DNA of 64,000 nucleotides from Bacteroidia bacterium (GTDB taxonomy: Bacteria > Bacteroidota > Bacteroidia > UBA4408). Position numbers and translations under genes: made by a program. The notes beneath the pieces were generated by a model. That model did no database searches and was not told where the DNA came from. It worked only from the letters and a program-made list of their open reading frames with translations. Positions 59,195 to 64,000 of the stretch are shown here, in pieces; the stretch's first letter is position 1; the number at the start of each line of letters is the position of its first letter. Location of the stretch: contig JAYWFU010000052.1 of the NCBI GenBank assembly GCA_043778625.1, forward strand, positions 1,197 through 65,196. The letters run 5' to 3'.

Positions 59195-60466
59195 ATGAAT
59201 TTACTTTTAACTAAAGCCACTATTATAGATAAAAAAAGTGCGTATCATTTGCAACAAATGGACATACATATTGTTGATGGAAGGATTATAAATATTGAAA
59301 AAAAAATTGCTAACACTACTAACGCTACTGTAATTAGTGCTAATAATTTACATGTATCTAACGGTTGGATAGATTTGAATTGTAATGTAAAAGAGCCTGG
59401 TTTTGAACACAAAGAAACGTTAGAAAGTGTTTGTGCCGCTGCTGCTCAAGGTGGTTTTACCAGTATTGTTGCCATGCCTACCACCCAGCCAATTACTGAT
59501 AGTAAAAGTAATATTGCCTACATAATTAATGCCACACAACATAGCGCAGTTAACGTATTGCCCGTAGGAGCTATTACGCAGCAATGCCAAGGCAAACACT
59601 TAGCCGAATTATACGACATGCAACTAGCAGGAGCCATAGCATTTAGCGACGGTAAACGTACAATAGCTGATGCAGGGCTTGTTAGTAGAGCAATGCAATA
59701 CGTACAGCCATTTAATGGCAAATTATTTTTGCATAGCGATGATAAAAATATTTCGCTAAAAGCGCAAGCCAACGAGGGCACAGTAGCCACCACTATAGGC
59801 TTAAAAGGTGCACCAGCATTGGCTGAACATATTATGGTACAACGCAATATTATGTTAGCAGAGTATACTAATACAACTATGCACTTAAGTAATATATCAA
59901 GTGCTAAATCAATAACATTAATTAACGATGCTCGTGCCAAAGGAGTAGCAATTACTTGTGATGTAGCGGCACACTACTTGTTGTTAGACGATAGTACTTT
60001 AACAGCATTTAACAGTAATTACAAATTTTATCCGCCCCTACGCAATTCCAATAATAAGCAAGCACTTATAGTTGCATTGGCTACTAAAGCTATTACTGCA
60101 ATAACTAGCGACCATACCCCTGAGCCTACTGAGGAAAAAGACGTAGAATTTGAAAATGCGGCTTATGGTATAATAGGATTAGAAACCGCTTTTGCAGTGG
60201 CTCGCACCGCTACACATAGTACAGTACCAATTGAAGACTTAATACATACATTAACCTATGGCCCAGCACAAGTATTAGGTATACCCATTACACCTATAGC
60301 TGTAAATGAATTAGCTTGTATTACCTTATTTGACACTAGTATAGAGTGGACATTTGAAACGCAACACATACGCTCACTAAGTAACAACACTCCGTTCATA
60401 AACACACTATTTACAGGTAAAGCATTGGGAATAATAAATAAAAATAAATACATGAAAAGCAACTAA
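59195..60466 (+). CDS. Dihydroorotase-like amidohydrolase with substituted metal-binding histidines (likely non-catalytic PyrC'-type)
   Basis: 423 aa. Aligns to the DHOase signature 'D-[LV]-H-V-H-[LF]-R-E-P-G' as 'IDLNCNVKEPG' (both His→Asn). 'SDHTPEP' replaces 'SDHAPH'. Confidence 0.75.
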   Translation: MNLLLTKATIIDKKSAYHLQQMDIHIVDGRIINIEKKIANTTNATVISANNLHVSNGWIDLNCNVKEPGFEHKETLESVCAAAAQGGFTSIVAMPTTQPITDSKSNIAYIINATQHSAVNVLPVGAITQQCQGKHLAELYDMQLAGAIAFSDGKRTIADAGLVSRAMQYVQPFNGKLFLHSDDKNISLKAQANEGTVATTIGLKGAPALAEHIMVQRNIMLAEYTNTTMHLSNISSAKSITLINDARAKGVAITCDVAAHYLLLDDSTLTAFNSNYKFYPPLRNSNNKQALIVALATKAITAITSDHTPEPTEEKDVEFENAAYGIIGLETAFAVARTATHSTVPIEDLIHTLTYGPAQVLGIPITPIAVNELACITLFDTSIEWTFETQHIRSLSNNTPFINTLFTGKALGIINKNKYMKSN

Positions 60467-60551
60467 ATTAGTTCCAATTACTTACTTTTTTTGAGTATAT
60501 TTGAAAGACGTTGGATAAAATGTAGTTGTTCATATTTTAAATAAAGTAATT

Positions 60552-62102
60552 ATGAAATTAGCTTTTAAATTAATTGTATTAATTATTGTAGCAAGTGTTT
60601 TATTACTCAGCAATTATTCTCGGTGCTTAGCCACAGTACTTACGGCTACAGGTTGCCCAGGCCCTGTAAATTGGAACGCCAGTAGTAATCCATTTGGTAC
60701 TACACCAGCCATTGGTGACACATTAATTATACCCACAGGTTGCGAACTTACACTCACCGCAACTTCATTTAACCTTACTGCAACCAATATTACCTTAATA
60801 ATTAATGGCACACTTAGTTGTAATGCAGGTTGTAGTTTAAACTTAGCCACTGGAGCTACTATAAACGTACCACAAGGCGGAGTTATTACTGCTACAAGTC
60901 CCTTAACTAGCAATGCTGCTATAAACGTGGCAGGAGTTACCTCACCCGTTTGGAAAGCAACCCTAAATGGCACTGTGGAGGGAGGAATTGGTGCTGGGTT
61001 TGTACTAGGCGGTACTAATAAATGTTACTTTTCATCTGCGGTAGTTATTACCTCCGAAACTGGTGGTAGCTGCGTCAGTTCAGTAAGTAATGGTTGTGCG
61101 CAAAATGGAGCAATAAGCATTTATACCAAATGTTTAACAGCTGGTGGAGTAGCTGGTGCAGGCTGTACTAGCCCATGTAATTACTCCGTATTTAGTGGGT
61201 TTGGCTATCAAATGTGCAATGGTACTAATGTTACAGGCAATTGTAATAATGGTGCGCAACGTATGGGCATAGTATTTAATGTACCCACGGGTTGCACTGC
61301 TACGGTATTAGCTGAGTTTAAAGTTAGAACTGGCGCACCCACAAATGCTTGCTCTAATTCTGGTGTAGATGCTGGCGATACCATGCGGTTATGTAACGGA
61401 GCAGGGTGTACTATTTACACAGGTAGTGCTAACGCTAATATAAGCCAATCAATAGTGCAAGTAGGTCCTGGTACTATATTGGTAGCAGGTACATCTAACC
61501 GTTCCGAAGAAATTATTACCTATTCGTTTTCAAAAATGGGAGTGTGCGCTGGAGGATGTTCAGTATTGCCAGTTTCGTTTTTAACTATTTCGGGAGATGT
61601 TGCTAACAGTACTGCATCAATTGCTTGGAGTACAGCTTCGGAGGTAAATAATCATTACTTTACAATTGAAAAAAGCACTGATGCTATACACTACGTTGAA
61701 GTAGGAAACATAGAGGGGGCTGGTACAACAAGTAGCATGCACAACTATAATTTTTCGTTTGAGCAAGCCTATAATTCAACATTATACATCCGTATAAAAC
61801 AAACGGATTATGATGGTAAATTTTCGTATAGCAATACCGTGGTTACTAACACTAACACACCTCACACTAACATAGCGCTAACACTTAGCCCCAACCCTAC
61901 TAATTACGGACTTACACTACAAAGCAGTTTGGGTATAATTGAGTATATACGCATAATTGACGTAACAGGCATTGAACGTATTATACTTAGTAACAATAAT
62001 GCTACTTCGTTCGTTGATGTAAGTAAACTATCCGCAGGTATCTATTTTATTAGCGTAACAATCAATGGTGCTCAACATATTGCAAAATTTATAAAGGAAT
62101 AA
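60552..62102 (+). CDS. Secreted Gly/Thr/Ala-rich protein with T9SS C-terminal sorting domain
   Basis: 516 aa. Signal peptide. C-terminal ~80 aa 'LTLSPNPTNYGLTL...DVSKLSAGIYFISVTINGAQHIAKFIKE' matches the type-A Por/T9SS CTD pattern. Confidence 0.7.
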   Translation: MKLAFKLIVLIIVASVLLLSNYSRCLATVLTATGCPGPVNWNASSNPFGTTPAIGDTLIIPTGCELTLTATSFNLTATNITLIINGTLSCNAGCSLNLATGATINVPQGGVITATSPLTSNAAINVAGVTSPVWKATLNGTVEGGIGAGFVLGGTNKCYFSSAVVITSETGGSCVSSVSNGCAQNGAISIYTKCLTAGGVAGAGCTSPCNYSVFSGFGYQMCNGTNVTGNCNNGAQRMGIVFNVPTGCTATVLAEFKVRTGAPTNACSNSGVDAGDTMRLCNGAGCTIYTGSANANISQSIVQVGPGTILVAGTSNRSEEIITYSFSKMGVCAGGCSVLPVSFLTISGDVANSTASIAWSTASEVNNHYFTIEKSTDAIHYVEVGNIEGAGTTSSMHNYNFSFEQAYNSTLYIRIKQTDYDGKFSYSNTVVTNTNTPHTNIALTLSPNPTNYGLTLQSSLGIIEYIRIIDVTGIERIILSNNNATSFVDVSKLSAGIYFISVTINGAQHIAKFIKE

Positions 62103-62323
62103 ATAATACCTAATTTCAGCAATTAAATTTACGAAAAATTTTAGTGGTAAAATTTTATTATAAACTTGCTATTAAAGCATTTGTTATAGTTGAAAAACAG
62201 CGTTTATTAAATATCAAATTCTAATAAAATCACATCATGTTTTTTTGAATCAATTGTAATGGTTTAAATTATTTATTGTTCATTATCAATACTATCTTTG
62301 TGAGTAATTACTTACACCACATA

Positions 62324-63778
62324 ATGAACACTAAACACGTATTAGTAACACTTGTTACACTGGCCTTTAACACCAATAGTTGGGCACAAAAAACGGTTAC
62401 TCTTAATCAATGTATTACTCAGGCAATAACCAGTAATTTGCAAGTATTGCAACAGCAGTATGCAACACATACAGCACAAGTAAATGCCTTACAAACCAAA
62501 GCTAATACCCTACCCAGCGTTAATGCTTATGGCACACACAATTATAATTTTGGGCAAACTATTGATAGATTTACTAACCAATTTATACAAGGTAAAGCCG
62601 TGCAAAGTAATAATTTTTATGTGCAAGGTGCCTGGACATTATTTTCGGGCTTGCAAAATTACAACACTATACAACAAGCTAATAATAGTTTGCTTGCAAG
62701 CAGATACGATTACGATAATACACGTAATACTATTATTCAAACTGTGGCACAAACGTACTTACAAGTATTGTTAAATACTGAAATATTGGGTGTCACCAAA
62801 AATCAATTAGCGCAAACTACCACTAATATTGAGGTAATAACTAAGCGTGTAAATGCAGGTAGTACGCCCCGTTTGGATTTACTAACTATGCAAGCACAAA
62901 AAGCTACTGAAGAATTAACTAGCGTAAATGCACAAAATAATTATGAATTAAGTATGCTCAGCTTATTGCAATTAATGAACGAAACTGAAGTTACCTCGCT
63001 TACCCTTGCCCCTATTGAAAACATGGATAGCTACTTGTTAAATAATACTCCTGTAAATGGTACTGACCTATATGTACAAGCACAAAAAAACAGACCTGAA
63101 ATAGCAAGCGCTGAAGCGAAATTAAAAAGCGCATTGTTTGCACGCCGCACTAGTCAAGGTGTTGCGCTACCTACACTTACCTTTAATGCAAGTGTAGGTA
63201 CAGGTTACTCGGGGCAAAGTAAAGAGCTTGTGGGTGTACCCAAAGTAAGCGGAGCCGCACTATCAGGCTATGCTGAGTTTGTAAATCCATTAACTAATCA
63301 AGTAATACAAGCACCTACTTATACCCCTACGTTTGATTATGTAACCCGTACCAAAGGCTTTGGCACACAGGTTAAGAATAATGTAAATCAATCAGTAGGC
63401 TTTAGTTTGCAAGTGCCTATATTTAATAATTTACGTGCCCACACAGGCGTGCAGCGCGCACGCATACAAGAGCAAATAGCCCAAGTAAACGTAGCAACAG
63501 CTAAGCAACAATTATACAAAACCATACAACAAGCAGTGTTAGAAACTACCACTGCACAAAACAAATTAACCGCTACAGCAGCACTACTTAATGTGCAAAA
63601 AGAAACCTACCTACAAGCCACACAGCGCTTTGAGGTAGGACTATTGAACAGTATAGATTATTTAAAAATTAAAACCAATTTAGCCAAAGCTGAATCAGAT
63701 TACGTGCAAAGTAAATACGAATATGTATTTAAAAAAACAATCGTACAATTTTATGCCACAAATAAAATTGAATTGTAA
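62324..63778 (+). CDS. TolC-family outer membrane efflux protein
   Basis: Start at internal Met giving signal peptide 'MNTKHVLVTLVTLAFNTNSWAQ'. Two repeated halves with coiled-coil/beta-strand pattern typical of the OEP family. Confidence 0.8.
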   Translation: MNTKHVLVTLVTLAFNTNSWAQKTVTLNQCITQAITSNLQVLQQQYATHTAQVNALQTKANTLPSVNAYGTHNYNFGQTIDRFTNQFIQGKAVQSNNFYVQGAWTLFSGLQNYNTIQQANNSLLASRYDYDNTRNTIIQTVAQTYLQVLLNTEILGVTKNQLAQTTTNIEVITKRVNAGSTPRLDLLTMQAQKATEELTSVNAQNNYELSMLSLLQLMNETEVTSLTLAPIENMDSYLLNNTPVNGTDLYVQAQKNRPEIASAEAKLKSALFARRTSQGVALPTLTFNASVGTGYSGQSKELVGVPKVSGAALSGYAEFVNPLTNQVIQAPTYTPTFDYVTRTKGFGTQVKNNVNQSVGFSLQVPIFNNLRAHTGVQRARIQEQIAQVNVATAKQQLYKTIQQAVLETTTAQNKLTATAALLNVQKETYLQATQRFEVGLLNSIDYLKIKTNLAKAESDYVQSKYEYVFKKTIVQFYATNKIEL

Positions 63779-63900
63779 ATTTTAATTTCGTTGTAATATT
63801 ACATTAGCAACAGCACATTACTCCGTTGAAAACTTTACAACCAATAGTAGCACAATTGTTGTAAATGCTTATTTTTGAATACATAATCCAAAACAATCTA

Positions 63901-64000
63901 TGCAACAGCTCCTACGTACTTATTTACACGCTACACTAATATTAGTTTGGCTGTTAACTTACGTAAATTACAGTGTGCAAGCACAAAGTAAACTTAAAAG
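63901..64000 (+). CDS. 5' end of an ORF, possibly an efflux periplasmic adaptor (runs off the window)
   Basis: ATG at 63901 followed by a hydrophobic N-terminus 'MQQLLRTYLHATLILVWLLTYVNYSVQAQ'. Position after TolC suggests an efflux partner. Truncated by the window end. Confidence 0.3.

Noticed and set aside
1-64000. Search for CRISPR arrays, rRNA, tRNA, integrases/transposases
   Set aside because: No regularly spaced direct repeats with spacers. No rRNA-like conserved blocks. No tRNA T-loop or anticodon-arm candidates. No ORF with integrase, transposase or recombinase motifs.

Overview
Window contents: a 64 kb chromosomal segment of AT-rich (~35% GC by eye) Bacteroidota DNA. The phylum assignment rests on gldF (gliding motility), a cargo protein with a T9SS C-terminal sorting domain, Y_Y_Y/beta-propeller sensor proteins, a type B L31 gene and Bacteroidetes-style promoter boxes. 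I found no rRNA, tRNA, CRISPR array, integrase or transposase. Coding density is high and the strand blocks look like operons.

Gene blocks, left to right:
- 1-4.3 kb: nonulosonic (pseudaminic-acid-like) sugar genes (NeuB/PseI synthase, hexapeptide acetyltransferase, PseG-GNAT fusion, PhyH-like oxygenase). Two of these reading frames are interrupted.
- 4.3-11.5 kb: gldF, an MqnC/MqnE-family radical-SAM enzyme, pdxA, an MFS transporter, sucD and polX.
- 11.5-16.2 kb: a PHB-depolymerase-family esterase, a Wzc-type BY-kinase, and an unusual secreted protein.
- 16.3-24.4 kb: a class II Fic AMPylase, an ArsC/Spx-family protein, a UPF0104 membrane protein, DUF1003, ribBA, a GT4 glycosyltransferase and a GT-C membrane glycosyltransferase.
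- 24.6-32.3 kb: the most unusual segment. A SiaC-like DUF1987 protein and a bacilliredoxin-like protein are followed by a tight operon of secreted PKD-like protein, cytoplasmic hybrid HK-REC-Hpt, secreted protein, and a 1050-aa beta-propeller/Y_Y_Y/TM/PP2C (SpoIIE-like) phosphatase.
- 32.4-36.4 kb: rpmE (type B), pepT, a small tandem-repeat secreted protein and aspS.
- 36.4-45 kb: an AI-2E transporter, a stress-protein cluster (YtxH, holin-like, lmo0937-like, two OM beta-barrels, lipoprotein, CsbD), and a hybrid PAS-HK/RR/AraC set.
- 45-55 kb: GNAT, SRPBCC, the TPR/DUF4292/M23 trio, heptose-nucleotide genes (nucleotidyltransferase + GmhB), an O-antigen-ligase-family protein and an S41 protease.
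- 55.5-58.7 kb: a solitary ~1041-aa Type IIG/IIL-like fused endonuclease-methyltransferase, flanked by ~0.5 kb non-coding regions.
- 59-64 kb: a dihydroorotase-like protein with degenerate metal ligands, a T9SS cargo protein, TolC, and the start of a further ORF.

Coordinates follow the supplied ORF track. A few starts were moved to internal Met codons that give sensible signal peptides or avoid gene overlaps. Hand-computed coordinates may be off by ±1.
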